IMG/VR virus record: IMGVR_UViG_3300034141_000032
Span: 1 to 63,364 of that record
Source: a virus
Lineage: Duplodnaviria > Caudoviricetes
Length of the DNA stretch: 63,364 nucleotides
Strand: one strand, 5' to 3'
Shown here: positions 28,852 to 39,107 of the stretch, piece by piece
Numbering within the stretch: the first letter of the stretch is position 1
Layout of the letters: each line of letters starts with the position of its first letter
Program-made: the position numbers and the translations under genes
The notes under the pieces: generated by a model
Told to the model about the DNA's origin: nothing
Databases searched by the model: none
Seen by the model: only the letters and a program-made list of their open reading frames with translations

Positions 28852-30876
28852 ATGCAAAAGTTCGAAGACGTAGTACAAGATCGCAAGGGCAACGTCGTTC
28901 CGGGCGCCAGCGTGCTGATTACCGACCTGGATGACGGCGCGGTAATGATCTTCGACGTCAACAGCACTGCAACGCCGGTATCGAGCACTCTCATATCCGA
29001 CAGCAAGGGCCGTTGGTCGTTCTACGGTGAAAACGGTCACTACAAGGCTGTCGCCTCTATTGCAGGAGAGATCGTCGACCAACTTGACGATATTCTGCTG
29101 TATGACTCGGAAGATGATACCGACAAGGCGTCTAAAGCAGCCCTTGCTGCGAGTGGTGGCGCGGCGCTCGTTGGCTCCAATGACGGGGCTAGCGGCGCGC
29201 TGTGGACGACCATGGCGGGCTTTGTCACGCGGATCATGTCGTCGGCTGGTGCATCCGTTATGGGATACCTTGCACCCTGGACGGGAGCTATCGCTTCCAC
29301 CGTGGAGGACGAGCTAAACCAGCAATTTCATGCTCGGAGCTTTATGAGCTTGGCGCAGCGCCTGAACGTATATCTCCGTCTTGGCACTGTCGATGTATCC
29401 GGCGCAATTCAAACCGCTATTGACGCCGCTGCCGTCGTGTTCTCGGAAGGCACGTCCAACAACGACATTGTGACCGCCAAGGTCATTCTCCCCGCGGGCC
29501 GGATGTTGCTGTCGTCCCCGTTGACCTTGAAAAACTGCGTTCATATCCAAGGCCAAGGCTCGGGCGCAACCGAGCTTATCGTAACTGCCGCAATCAATGG
29601 ACTCCAGACGACGACAGGCCAGTTCTCCAACGTGCGTCTGATCGGCTTCACTCTTAGCAATAATGGTTCTGGCCTGAACGGCATTGATGTAGTGGGGCTC
29701 ATCCGCAATTGCGTCTTTGACGACGTGGTTGTCCGGCGCTTCCAGAATTGGGTCCGAATCAGAGATTCGTGGACCCTGGCATTGAATAACTGCTGCGGGT
29801 ATAACGCAGCGAATTACGGAATTTACATGGACACCGGCTGCGGCGAAATCTTCGTCAACGGCGGTCGGTACGATGTGGCTGGCAACCATCTGGTCTACGC
29901 AAATTGCACGGCTGGTGAACTAACTATGCGTGGAGCGGCTGTGCAATTTGGCAGCAAGTCAAGTATCTATACTGACAGCATACGAACCGTGCTGTTAAAG
30001 GACTGCTTCTTTGAGGGCTCCTGTATTGGTAGTTTGACGGATTATTATGTGCGCATCCAAGGCGAAGGCGGTACGCTGAGTTCGGTAGTAATCGAGGACT
30101 GTGTTTTTAACGATTTGAACGACTCTAACCGCAGTGGCCTGGGCATCATTTATGTGGCTGGTGTTGAATCGTTTACTTACCGTGAACGCTGGTCGAGGAA
30201 CGGCACTACCAACATTCCAGTTATAGGTGCTGGGGTTGCATCAGTAGATGTATCTCTTGGTACTTCGGCCAACCCTGCCACATTGCTAACTCAGATTGCA
30301 GCAGCTTCTGATAATTATGCGCGCATCAAGCAACTGAACCGCCCGCACCAGTTCTACGGTATGGACATGAACGGGGCGGGTTCAGTTGATGTAACTACTA
30401 AGAGTGCTTGGTTCGGCGGCCTGCCGTCGCTTGGTGTTGCAATTGGAACTTATAATTCCATCGCGGCAATACAAGCTAAGGGCGCATCAGATAAGTTATG
30501 GCTTAATCCACATAATGGTGAAACAGCATTTGGCCAAAAAGGGGCTAAAGTTTCAACCAATACTAATGAGTTTTTTGGTAAATGGCGTTTTTCTACCCAG
30601 CTTACTTCCAGTAGTACAACTCCTGCTGATACTACCGGAAACGTGCGAGTAGATTGTTCGGGCGCTAATCGTTCTGTGACCATGACCAATGTTGCGAATA
30701 ACGCAGGCGCAATCTTCATAGTAGGCAAGCGAGATACTACTGCCAATTCCTTAACTGTTACTCCTGCTAGTGGACTTATCGGTGGCGCAGCTACATTGGT
30801 TATTACTGCTTCTAAGGGGGTTGTAACACTGATCGGTGATGGCACTGATTGGGAAATTCTGTTCAAAAACTACTAA
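28852..30876 (+). CDS. Tailspike / receptor-binding protein with pectate-lyase-like beta-helix
   Basis: DVSGAIQTAIDAA...VILPAGR..LSSPL...IQGQG helix cap followed by Asn/Cys-rich beta rungs; GC falls in the 3' half. Confidence 0.8.
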   Translation: MQKFEDVVQDRKGNVVPGASVLITDLDDGAVMIFDVNSTATPVSSTLISDSKGRWSFYGENGHYKAVASIAGEIVDQLDDILLYDSEDDTDKASKAALAASGGAALVGSNDGASGALWTTMAGFVTRIMSSAGASVMGYLAPWTGAIASTVEDELNQQFHARSFMSLAQRLNVYLRLGTVDVSGAIQTAIDAAAVVFSEGTSNNDIVTAKVILPAGRMLLSSPLTLKNCVHIQGQGSGATELIVTAAINGLQTTTGQFSNVRLIGFTLSNNGSGLNGIDVVGLIRNCVFDDVVVRRFQNWVRIRDSWTLALNNCCGYNAANYGIYMDTGCGEIFVNGGRYDVAGNHLVYANCTAGELTMRGAAVQFGSKSSIYTDSIRTVLLKDCFFEGSCIGSLTDYYVRIQGEGGTLSSVVIEDCVFNDLNDSNRSGLGIIYVAGVESFTYRERWSRNGTTNIPVIGAGVASVDVSLGTSANPATLLTQIAAASDNYARIKQLNRPHQFYGMDMNGAGSVDVTTKSAWFGGLPSLGVAIGTYNSIAAIQAKGASDKLWLNPHNGETAFGQKGAKVSTNTNEFFGKWRFSTQLTSSSTTPADTTGNVRVDCSGANRSVTMTNVANNAGAIFIVGKRDTTANSLTVTPASGLIGGAATLVITASKGVVTLIGDGTDWEILFKNY

Positions 30877-30953
30877 CTTGGAGGGCATTATGATCCTCGA
30901 TTCCTTTGGCCTGATGCCTGACGATTGCGTGTGACTACTACGCGGAAAGCCCT

Positions 30954-31610
30954 ATGACTATCATCGCCGACATCAGTAACCCGATTTCGACAACGCCGCT
31001 GTCGGACTATTTCAACCTGATCCGCCCGTATGCGCCAGGCTGCGCCGACGTGACGGCAAAATTCGGCTTGCGCCAGGCTGCGACCGACTTCCTTGAGCGC
31101 ACGCGCTTGTGGCGCTACTCGGCAGCGTATTCGGCGCTTGAGAACGAGCCGGTGGCGATTACCACGCCGGCCGGCTCGGTGCTGATCGACATCGAGAAGG
31201 CAATCTTCGACGACGTGCCGCTCGAGCCGAAGACCACCGCTTGGCTGGACGAGAACATGCACGGCTGGCGCGCAGGCGAGTTCACGGGCACGCCGCGTTA
31301 CATCACGCAGACCGAGGAAAACACCGTCATCCTGGTCCCAAGCGCCACCGGAACGCTCAGTCTGTACGTGTGGCTGAAACCCTCGCCGACTGCCGACGAG
31401 CTGCCCGAGTTCATGTCCGAGCAGCACCGGACCACGCTGGCGCACGGCGCGCTGGGCTACATCCTGGCGATCCCGAACCAGTCGTTCACCAATATGGACA
31501 TGGGCGCGTCGTTTGCAGCTTCGTTCGGCGCCCGGCTCGACAAGCTTTTTGCCAAGAGTTCCACCGGTCAACAGCGCGCGCGCGTACGATCCAAGACATC
31601 GATGTTTTAA
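30954..31610 (+). CDS. Tail/head-joining structural protein
   Basis: PGCAD...LRQAATDFLERTRLWR...LKPS; position in tail module. Confidence 0.7.
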   Translation: MTIIADISNPISTTPLSDYFNLIRPYAPGCADVTAKFGLRQAATDFLERTRLWRYSAAYSALENEPVAITTPAGSVLIDIEKAIFDDVPLEPKTTAWLDENMHGWRAGEFTGTPRYITQTEENTVILVPSATGTLSLYVWLKPSPTADELPEFMSEQHRTTLAHGALGYILAIPNQSFTNMDMGASFAASFGARLDKLFAKSSTGQQRARVRSKTSMF

Positions 31611-31622
31611 GGGGATACCCGC

Positions 31623-32270
31623 ATGGCGCTCAAACTTACGAACAACGCATCATCCACCCTTGCCGGGTCCATTTCAGCCCTGTCCACCACCATCCTTGTG
31701 CAGACCGGCGACGGGGTGGACTTTCCGACGCTGGGCGCCGACGACTACTTCCCGGCAACCCTGACCAAGATTGTGGGCGGCCTGCCGGTGCGCGAGATCG
31801 TCAAAGTCACTGCGACCGGGATTGACAGCTTCACCGTGGTGCGCGGCCAGGAGGGAACCACCGCCGTGACCTTCAGCGCCGGCGACGCGATTGAACTGCG
31901 TATGACGGCTGGCACGTTCGAGACGCTGATTGCCGATGGTGGCACCGACAAGATCAGCACCGACGCTGCGGCAACCGGCGCAGTGGTGCTCGACTGCGCC
32001 GATACGTTCGTCCATGACCTGACGCTGGCGGGCAACACCACCGTCTCGCTGGACAACCTGCCGGCCCTGTCGACCACCCAGACCACGATCGTCATCCGCG
32101 TCAAAAACGGCGCTTCGGCCTATTCGCTTACGTGGTCCATCGGCACGATCGTCTGGTTGACGCCGACCGGGGCGCCGCCGTCCGCGCCCGCCATCGACAA
32201 GACCATCGAGTATGTCTTCACCACCAAGGACAACGCGAACTTCCTGGGCCGCAAAGGGGCGTCGAATTGA
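31623..32270 (+). CDS. Tail fibre anchor-domain protein
   Basis: MALKLTNNA...FPTL...EIVKVT...RGQEGT...GDAIELR.TAG, paralogous to the N-terminus of 34891. Confidence 0.75.
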   Translation: MALKLTNNASSTLAGSISALSTTILVQTGDGVDFPTLGADDYFPATLTKIVGGLPVREIVKVTATGIDSFTVVRGQEGTTAVTFSAGDAIELRMTAGTFETLIADGGTDKISTDAAATGAVVLDCADTFVHDLTLAGNTTVSLDNLPALSTTQTTIVIRVKNGASAYSLTWSIGTIVWLTPTGAPPSAPAIDKTIEYVFTTKDNANFLGRKGASN

Positions 32271-34168
32271 AAACCCTGAAGTCCCGGCGCGCGATCTTGA
32301 ACTGCAGCGCCCCGCAGGATTACGAGGGCGTCTATACCGACGAAGTGTTCGCCACGAACACATGGCTTGGCACGGGCGCGGCGCTCAATATCGCCAACGG
32401 GATCGATCTTGCACAGCACGGCGGGTTGGTCATCTGTCGGGCCCGGAACAGCCTAAAGCCCAGCCAGATGACGGACACGGTGCGCGGTGCTAGGAAGGCA
32501 TTCGACGTCATTTCGACAGCGGCGCCGGTAGACACCAGCGGCATCACGTCATTCAACGCCAGCGGCTTCACGCTCGGCGACAACGCCAGTTTCAACGCGG
32601 CCGGGGTTGATATGGTGTCCTGGACGTTCCGCAGGAAGGCGGGTTTTTTCGACGTCGTGGAATACACCGGCAACGGCGCCATCGCCCAGGCCATCGCCCA
32701 CAGTCTCGGGGGCGCACCTGGCGCCATGTTCGTCAAGGCGCAGTCCGGGGCATCGAACATCGGAGTCTACCACCGCGGCTTTGCCGTGCCCGCAACCACC
32801 GGTGCTAAGCTCAACAGCGATGCGGCCGAGACAACGGGCGTGGACTGGTGGGGCAGCACCAACCCGACATCGAACCATTTTACGGTCGGCCCTACCTACA
32901 ATTCCATGGGCGTGAAATACATCGCCTACCTGTTCGGGCACGACACATCCCCAGATGGCGTCATCCAGTGCGGCAGGGTGCCGGCGGTGACCGCTTCTAT
33001 CGAATTAGGCTGGGAGCCACAATTTCTCCTGAACCGCATCATCGGTGCGCAGTTCTCCTGGCAAACCCTGGACGATGTGCGCGGTTTCTTCGCTTCTCCC
33101 AGCGCGGGCAGTTTGAGCCTGGAAATGCAAAATCAGGCAGGGGAGACGGCAAGTTCGTTCGCCTGTCGCACTGCCACCGGGTACACGCAGGCAGCCAATG
33201 CCAACCCATATATTTACATCGCTATCCGCCGCTCGAACAAGCCGCCAACGTCCGGTTATCAGGTATTCTGTCCCGCCCTGCGCACCGGTACGGGCGGCAC
33301 GGCCACCGTGCGCAATGAGCCATTTCCCCTCAACCCGGACTTGGCGATCATTGCCAACCGAGCCGGAGGCGGGGCTTCGTACTTTGACCGGCTGCGCGGC
33401 TCCATCGATACTCGGCTTCAGTCAAGCAATACGAACGCCGAGGCGGCTTTCGCAGCATTCACGGCCTGGCGCCAGCGCGGATACGACATCGACGGCGCTC
33501 CTGCCGGTGTGAACGATCTCGGCGCAGCCTACCTAGATCTGGGCTTCAAGCGCGCCGTTCAGGTTTTTGACCAGGTTTGCTATACGGGCACCGGCGTAGC
33601 CAAGACCGAAGCGCACAGCCTGTTGATCGTCCCTGAATTGATGATCGTCAAGCGCCGCTACGGGGTGGACGACTGGCTGGTCTATCATGCGGCAGCCGGC
33701 AGCACGAAGTTCATGAAGTTTAACGACACGCAGTCCGAGGACATCAACCCGAACTACTGGAGCGGCACAACCCCAACGGACGCCGTGTTCTCGGTCGGCA
33801 CGGCCGCAGCCGTCAACGCCAACGGCGCGATCTATGTGGCGTACCTGTTTGCCACCCTGGCAGGCGTCAGCAAGGTCGGCACGTACACCGGCAACGGGGC
33901 GTCGCTCGACATCGATTGCGGCTTCGGCGCCGGTGCGCGCTTCGTGCTGGTCAAGAACCGCAGCGCCGCGGGAGACTGGTTCATCTGGGACAGTATTCGC
34001 GGCATCGTTGTCGGCAGCGATCCGCACCTGTCGCTCAACACGACGGCCGCCGAAGTTGGCGCCGACGACAGCTTGAGCCCGCTCGCGGCCGGCTTCACGG
34101 TCAACCAGTTGGTTGCCACTAACGTCAACGTGACCGGCCAGAACTATCTGTTCCTGGCGATCGCATAA
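32267..34168 (+). CDS. Tail fibre / receptor-binding protein with repeated YTGNG beta-domains
   Basis: Repeated FDVVEYTGNG / FDQVCYTGTG / VGTYTGNG and Y(I/V)AYLF units; TTG start overlaps the upstream stop. Confidence 0.7.
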   Translation: MKTLKSRRAILNCSAPQDYEGVYTDEVFATNTWLGTGAALNIANGIDLAQHGGLVICRARNSLKPSQMTDTVRGARKAFDVISTAAPVDTSGITSFNASGFTLGDNASFNAAGVDMVSWTFRRKAGFFDVVEYTGNGAIAQAIAHSLGGAPGAMFVKAQSGASNIGVYHRGFAVPATTGAKLNSDAAETTGVDWWGSTNPTSNHFTVGPTYNSMGVKYIAYLFGHDTSPDGVIQCGRVPAVTASIELGWEPQFLLNRIIGAQFSWQTLDDVRGFFASPSAGSLSLEMQNQAGETASSFACRTATGYTQAANANPYIYIAIRRSNKPPTSGYQVFCPALRTGTGGTATVRNEPFPLNPDLAIIANRAGGGASYFDRLRGSIDTRLQSSNTNAEAAFAAFTAWRQRGYDIDGAPAGVNDLGAAYLDLGFKRAVQVFDQVCYTGTGVAKTEAHSLLIVPELMIVKRRYGVDDWLVYHAAAGSTKFMKFNDTQSEDINPNYWSGTTPTDAVFSVGTAAAVNANGAIYVAYLFATLAGVSKVGTYTGNGASLDIDCGFGAGARFVLVKNRSAAGDWFIWDSIRGIVVGSDPHLSLNTTAAEVGADDSLSPLAAGFTVNQLVATNVNVTGQNYLFLAIA

Positions 34169-34179
34169 AGAGGAGCAGC

Positions 34180-34800
34180 ATGGACATTCGCATTCGCGAC
34201 GACGGCAGCATCATCAGCGAGCAGGCATTCCTGTCGATGCACCCGAACACCAGCTTTCCGGCCACACTGACGCCGGCAGTGCTTGCCAGCTTCGGCGCCG
34301 ATCCGGTGCTCGAATCGCCCCTGCCAAACGCCGCGCCCGGCCAGCGCATCGCCCAAGACGGCGCCATCCAGGACGAGAGAGGGAACTGGCTGCGCAAGTG
34401 GAAGGTGGAGGCCATCCCAAGCGGGCAGGCGGCAGCGGCCAAGAAAGCGGCCAAGGAGCGCCAGTGGGTCGCCATTCAAGCCGAACGAACGCGGCGCGAA
34501 TTGGGCGGCATCAAGGTCGGCGCGCACTGGTTCCACACCGATTCGGATTCGCGGGCGAAGATCCGGGACGCGGTTTTGATGGGGCAGGCGCTCACGCCAA
34601 ACCTGCAATGGACGGTCATGGGAGGCGGTTCCGTCACCATGACGCCCGCGCTGGCGCAGCAGGTCTTCGCAGCGACAACCGCGCGCGACCATGCGCTGCA
34701 CACCAGGTCCAAGCAGCACAAGGCGGGCATGGAAGCAGCACCCGATCCGGCTGCCTACAGTTTCGTTGCTGGCTGGCCTGCCATCTACGAGCCGGCGTGA
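34180..34800 (+). CDS. Tail fibre assembly-like protein (DUF4376-type)
   Basis: IQAERTRRELGGI.VG..WFHTD.DSR...QW; ends in GWP. Confidence 0.7.
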   Translation: MDIRIRDDGSIISEQAFLSMHPNTSFPATLTPAVLASFGADPVLESPLPNAAPGQRIAQDGAIQDERGNWLRKWKVEAIPSGQAAAAKKAAKERQWVAIQAERTRRELGGIKVGAHWFHTDSDSRAKIRDAVLMGQALTPNLQWTVMGGGSVTMTPALAQQVFAATTARDHALHTRSKQHKAGMEAAPDPAAYSFVAGWPAIYEPA

Positions 34801-34890
34801 TCGCATGAAGTTCTACCTGGTCAGTCTTGTTCACATGTCATCACGGGCGAAGCCCCGCCGTGACCCCGTGAACAATGAACAGGAGGATTT

Positions 34891-36459
34891 ATGCCGATCA
34901 AACTGGCAAACAACGTCAGCGCGCGCCTCACCGCGCCGCTTCAATTCAACGACGACTCGATCGTGATCTCGCTTGCGGACACGGAGCGCTTTCCCACGCT
35001 GGGCGTAGGTGACTGGCACCCGCTAACGCTGGTGGACGCCAACGGCGACTTCGAGATCGTGACCGCTACCTCTCGCGACGAGAACATCATCTATATCGAC
35101 CGGGCCCAGGAAGGCACTTTGAAGAAGGTGTTCGGGGTCGGCGATCGGGTCGAACTGCGCATCACCGCCGGCGCGCTGGAAGCATTGCAGCTCGAGCAGG
35201 AAGCCTATGCCGAGGCCACGGCCGATGCCGCCGTGAATGCGGCGATTGCGGGCGCCATTCAAGCCAACATCGACACTGCCAAGGAAGATGCGATTGCCGA
35301 GGCGGCCACCACGCTGGCCACGGCGATCAGTGGCGTGATCCAGACGAACATCAACACAGCCAGCGCCGCCGGCGCCGCTGCCCTGTCCAGTGCCGTTGCC
35401 GATCTGGATGCTGACGTCAGCACTACCCTGGCAGCCGGGCAAGCAGCAGCGGACGCGGCACAGGCAGCGGCTCAAAGCGCAGCCAGTTCCGCCTTGGCCA
35501 GCGCTTTGGTGGATGTGGACGCGGCGAACGATGCCACGCTCGCGGCTGCCCTGGCAGCGGTAGCCGCAGCCGAGGCGGCAGCCAGCGGTGCCCTGACAGC
35601 CGCCATCGCCGGGCCGATCCAGAGCAGCATTGATGCCGCCGAGGCTGGCGCCATCGCAGCCGCCGCTACCGATGCGACCACGAAGGTTTCGACAGAAAAC
35701 GCGGCCATGCAGGCAGCGATCAACGCCCTGCGAATCGAACTGAACGGCAATCTTTCGGCAGCACTGCCACCAGGATTCGGCCCGGTGCCTTGGTCGCTCG
35801 CCACCGAGCCGGCCGGCTGGATCTTCGCCGATGGCCGCACCCTCACCGGCGCCACGCCCTACACCGCCCTGCGTGCAGCCTATATCGCGGCCAGCTTCCC
35901 ATTCGGCCAGGACGGCTCTGGCAACCCGAAGGTGCCGGACATGCGGGGCAGGACGGCGGCCGGCCTTGATAATATGGGTGGGGGCGCAGCAGGCAGATTG
36001 ACGGGCGCAACCCTGGGCGCGGGGCTGGGCGCGCAAACACATGCGCTGACCACTGCCGAGCTGGCATCGCACAGCCATGGCGTAACAGACCCGGGCCACT
36101 TCCACACGGCCAGCGACTCCGGGCACGTCCACGCGGCATCGCAAGATGACCATACACACTCGTACAGCCCCGGCGCGCTGCTGGGCAATGCGGGCGGGTA
36201 TGGCGCCTACAAAGGAACGACAGCAGCAGGTGGCTCCATTGGCTATACCGACCGCGTTCTGGTGGCTTCGTCCAGTTCGAGCCCGGCCGCCAGTACGACA
36301 AGCGGCGTATCTGCCAATGCGGTCTATATCGGCACCGGGTATGCGGCAATCACTGTGGCATCGAAGGTGACGGGCGTCACAACCCAGAACGCCGGGTCTG
36401 GCACTGCCCACAACAACGTGCAGCCGACCCTCGTGACCAATTACATTATCAAAGTATGA
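34891..36459 (+). CDS. Tail fibre protein with tail-collar domain
   Basis: N-terminal anchor, Ala-rich coiled coil, PAGWIFADGR...VPDMRGR collar, HxH repeats, AHNNVQPT..NYIIK end. Confidence 0.88.
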   Translation: MPIKLANNVSARLTAPLQFNDDSIVISLADTERFPTLGVGDWHPLTLVDANGDFEIVTATSRDENIIYIDRAQEGTLKKVFGVGDRVELRITAGALEALQLEQEAYAEATADAAVNAAIAGAIQANIDTAKEDAIAEAATTLATAISGVIQTNINTASAAGAAALSSAVADLDADVSTTLAAGQAAADAAQAAAQSAASSALASALVDVDAANDATLAAALAAVAAAEAAASGALTAAIAGPIQSSIDAAEAGAIAAAATDATTKVSTENAAMQAAINALRIELNGNLSAALPPGFGPVPWSLATEPAGWIFADGRTLTGATPYTALRAAYIAASFPFGQDGSGNPKVPDMRGRTAAGLDNMGGGAAGRLTGATLGAGLGAQTHALTTAELASHSHGVTDPGHFHTASDSGHVHAASQDDHTHSYSPGALLGNAGGYGAYKGTTAAGGSIGYTDRVLVASSSSSPAASTTSGVSANAVYIGTGYAAITVASKVTGVTTQNAGSGTAHNNVQPTLVTNYIIKV

Positions 36460-36523
36460 AACCATGCTTTGCGGAACCATCGTGCGGTAAAATGCGGCAG
36501 GCAGCACCAACGGGAAGGCGATC

Positions 36524-38269
36524 ATGGCGGTAATCAAACTGACGGGATTTATGGGCGAGGCGCCGCGCGTGACGCCCCGACTGCTGCCCGACCGCTCGGC
36601 GCAGTCCGCTGTCGCCGTGCGCCTGGAAGACGGCGAACTGTCGCCCTTCCGCAAGCCCTTCCTGGTGGAAGACCTGTCCGGTCTGCTGGCCACGTCCATC
36701 GAGACGATCTATCTGCACCAGGGCGACTGGCTCTATTGGGATACGGTCGTCAATGCCGCCCCGGGCCCGGTGGCGCAGGATCGCCTGTACTTTACCGGCG
36801 ACGGCGTGCCCAAGATGACGGTTGCGGGCGTGACCTACGACCTGAAAGTCACCGCGCCCACCGTCGAACTGACCGCAACACCAGTTGGCGCTGTCGGCTC
36901 GCTCTACGACACCCGCATCTACGTCTATACCTTCGTGACCGACTTCGGCGAGGAATCGGAGCCTTCGCCCTTGAGTATCGGGGTGGACGTGTCGCCGGGC
37001 CAGACCGTCACCCTGTCCGGCTTTTCTGCAGCACCTGGCGGGCGCAACATTACCAAGCAGCGCATCTACCGCTCGCAGACCGGCGGCTCGCAGACCACGC
37101 GCCTGTACTTCGTGGGCGAGCGCGCGGCATCGGTGCTGGACTATTCCGATACGGTGAACGTCACCGATTTTGCCGAGCCGCTACCATCGGCCGACTTCAA
37201 CCCGCCACCGGACGAGCTCACCGGGCTGACCACCATGCCAAACGGGATCATGGTCGGCTTCGTCGGGCGCGATCTGTACTTTTGCGAGCCGTTCATCCCG
37301 CACGCCTGGCCGCAGAAGTATGTCTTGACCGCTGACTACGAGATCGTGGCGCTGGCCGCGCAGGGCACGTCCCTGATCGTCGGCACCACCGGGCACCCGT
37401 ATGTGGTCAACGGCACAGCGCCTGAGACGATGGTCATGGACAAGATGGAATTGAACCTGCCGTGCCTGTCTGCGCGCGGCATGGTCGATCTGGGCTACGC
37501 TTCGGCCTATCCGTCGCATGATGGCCTGGTCGTGGTGCAGGGCGGGGTTCCCCGGATCATCACCGCCGAACTTTTCACGCGCGACCAGTGGCGCATGATG
37601 AACCCGGACACCATGGTCGCGGCGCAGTTCTACGGGCGCTACTTCTGTTCCTACGAGTACACCGACGCCGATGGCATCACGATTGCCGGCACGGTGCTGA
37701 TCGACCTGTCGGGCGCCTCGCCCTTTGTGATCCGCAGCCAGTACAAGGCCGATTGCATGTTCTACGAACTGGCCACCGGCTCGCTGTTCATGGGTATCGG
37801 GGAATCGATCTACGAATGGGATTCGCCGCAATCGGTCAACGACGTTTTTACCTGGAAATCGAAGGTGTTCGTCATGCCCGCGCCCACCAGCTTCGGGGCG
37901 ATTCTGTTCGAGGCCGACCAGCCGAACGATGACGGCGCCAGCGCGGAAGCACTCGCCGCGGCGAACGCTGCTATCCAGGCCGCCAATCAGGCAATCATCG
38001 CCGCCGGCACGCTATTCGGATCGCTGGGCTCGCACATGATCAACGAATATCCCGCCAACGGCGACTCGCTCGTGGGCGTGCAGCAGTCGGCCGTCTCGGT
38101 CAACGTTTATGCCGACCGCGAGTTTGTCGCCACCGTAACCACCCCGGGCGTGATGCAGCGCCTACCGGGTGGGAAGATGGCGCGCGAGTGGGAGATTGAA
38201 GTTACCGGCACCGTCAACGTGCAGGAAGTCACCATGGCCGGCACCGGCCGCGAACTAAGGGGCGCGTAA
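36524..38269 (+). CDS. Tail tube / head-closure (stabilisation) protein
   Basis: F.GEAPR..PRLL, YVYTFVT.FGEES.PS, LYFCEP..PHAWP; position. Confidence 0.75.
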   Translation: MAVIKLTGFMGEAPRVTPRLLPDRSAQSAVAVRLEDGELSPFRKPFLVEDLSGLLATSIETIYLHQGDWLYWDTVVNAAPGPVAQDRLYFTGDGVPKMTVAGVTYDLKVTAPTVELTATPVGAVGSLYDTRIYVYTFVTDFGEESEPSPLSIGVDVSPGQTVTLSGFSAAPGGRNITKQRIYRSQTGGSQTTRLYFVGERAASVLDYSDTVNVTDFAEPLPSADFNPPPDELTGLTTMPNGIMVGFVGRDLYFCEPFIPHAWPQKYVLTADYEIVALAAQGTSLIVGTTGHPYVVNGTAPETMVMDKMELNLPCLSARGMVDLGYASAYPSHDGLVVVQGGVPRIITAELFTRDQWRMMNPDTMVAAQFYGRYFCSYEYTDADGITIAGTVLIDLSGASPFVIRSQYKADCMFYELATGSLFMGIGESIYEWDSPQSVNDVFTWKSKVFVMPAPTSFGAILFEADQPNDDGASAEALAAANAAIQAANQAIIAAGTLFGSLGSHMINEYPANGDSLVGVQQSAVSVNVYADREFVATVTTPGVMQRLPGGKMAREWEIEVTGTVNVQEVTMAGTGRELRGA

Positions 38270-38589
38270 TGTTCGGGCAGAAGGCAGCGCCGAAGGAAGA
38301 CATTGCCGCCATGGTGCGGGCCGAGGTCGCCAAGCAGATCGCCACCATGCACAAGGACATGCGTAACAGCATGGAGCGCCTGCAGACCCTGGCCGGCGAG
38401 CGCGGACCACGCGACGGTGCCCAGCGCGCGGTCATGCGCGGTGAACTGGCAGACATTGGTGACGTCACCATGACAGCCAGCACGCTGGCAGCGGACCCCA
38501 CCATGGACGATTACAACAAACTGCTGACCGACGTGCAGGCCGTTGTCGCGCTGCTGGAGCGCCTGCGGGACACCTTCACCGTCAGATAG
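38269..38589 (+). CDS. Hypothetical structural protein
   Basis: 106 aa coiled-coil; TAATG overlap. Confidence 0.7.
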   Translation: MFGQKAAPKEDIAAMVRAEVAKQIATMHKDMRNSMERLQTLAGERGPRDGAQRAVMRGELADIGDVTMTASTLAADPTMDDYNKLLTDVQAVVALLERLRDTFTVR

Positions 38590-38670
38590 GGTCGCCACTT
38601 GTAGCGCCGTGGTGCGCTTTTCCGTACAATGTGGTAAGAAATACGAACCAATGGTTTGATCGGGGTCGAC

Positions 38671-39105
38671 GTGCTTGAAATGATCTACGGACAGGAAGAC
38701 CGGCTCCTACCTTGGGCCAGCGAGCGTACCGGCGACATCTACCGGCGCGATGCCTACACGATCGGCGTGGCGCGCGACGGCAAGATCATGGGCGTGGCCG
38801 TGTTCGACAATTTCTCCGAGGCCGACTGCAACATGCACATCGCCAGCGATGGCTCGGCCAGGTGGATGACCAAGGAAGCGCTGGCAGCCGCATTTGCCTA
38901 TCCGTTCATTCAGTTGGGACTGCGCCGCGTCACGGGCGTGGTGCCGGCCAAGAACATCCGGGCGCTCGCATTCGACGAGCACATCGGTTTCGTGCGCGAG
39001 GGCTACCACCCGAACGCACGGGCCGATGACGACCTGATCACGCTGGGCCTGCTGCGAGAGAATTGCCGGTTCCTGCCGCACCGTTTTGACAAGATGAAAG
39101 GCTGA
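38671..39105 (+). CDS. GNAT-family acetyltransferase
   Basis: FAYPFIQLGLRRVTG.V...N.RAL.FDEHIGFVREG; start codon uncertain (38656, 38671 or 38680). Confidence 0.85.
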   Translation: MLEMIYGQEDRLLPWASERTGDIYRRDAYTIGVARDGKIMGVAVFDNFSEADCNMHIASDGSARWMTKEALAAAFAYPFIQLGLRRVTGVVPAKNIRALAFDEHIGFVREGYHPNARADDDLITLGLLRENCRFLPHRFDKMKG

Positions 39106-39107
39106 CC

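Noticed and set aside
28852-36459. Diversity-generating retroelement acting on tail fibres
   Set aside because: No reverse transcriptase and no TR/VR pair with adenine-specific differences was seen
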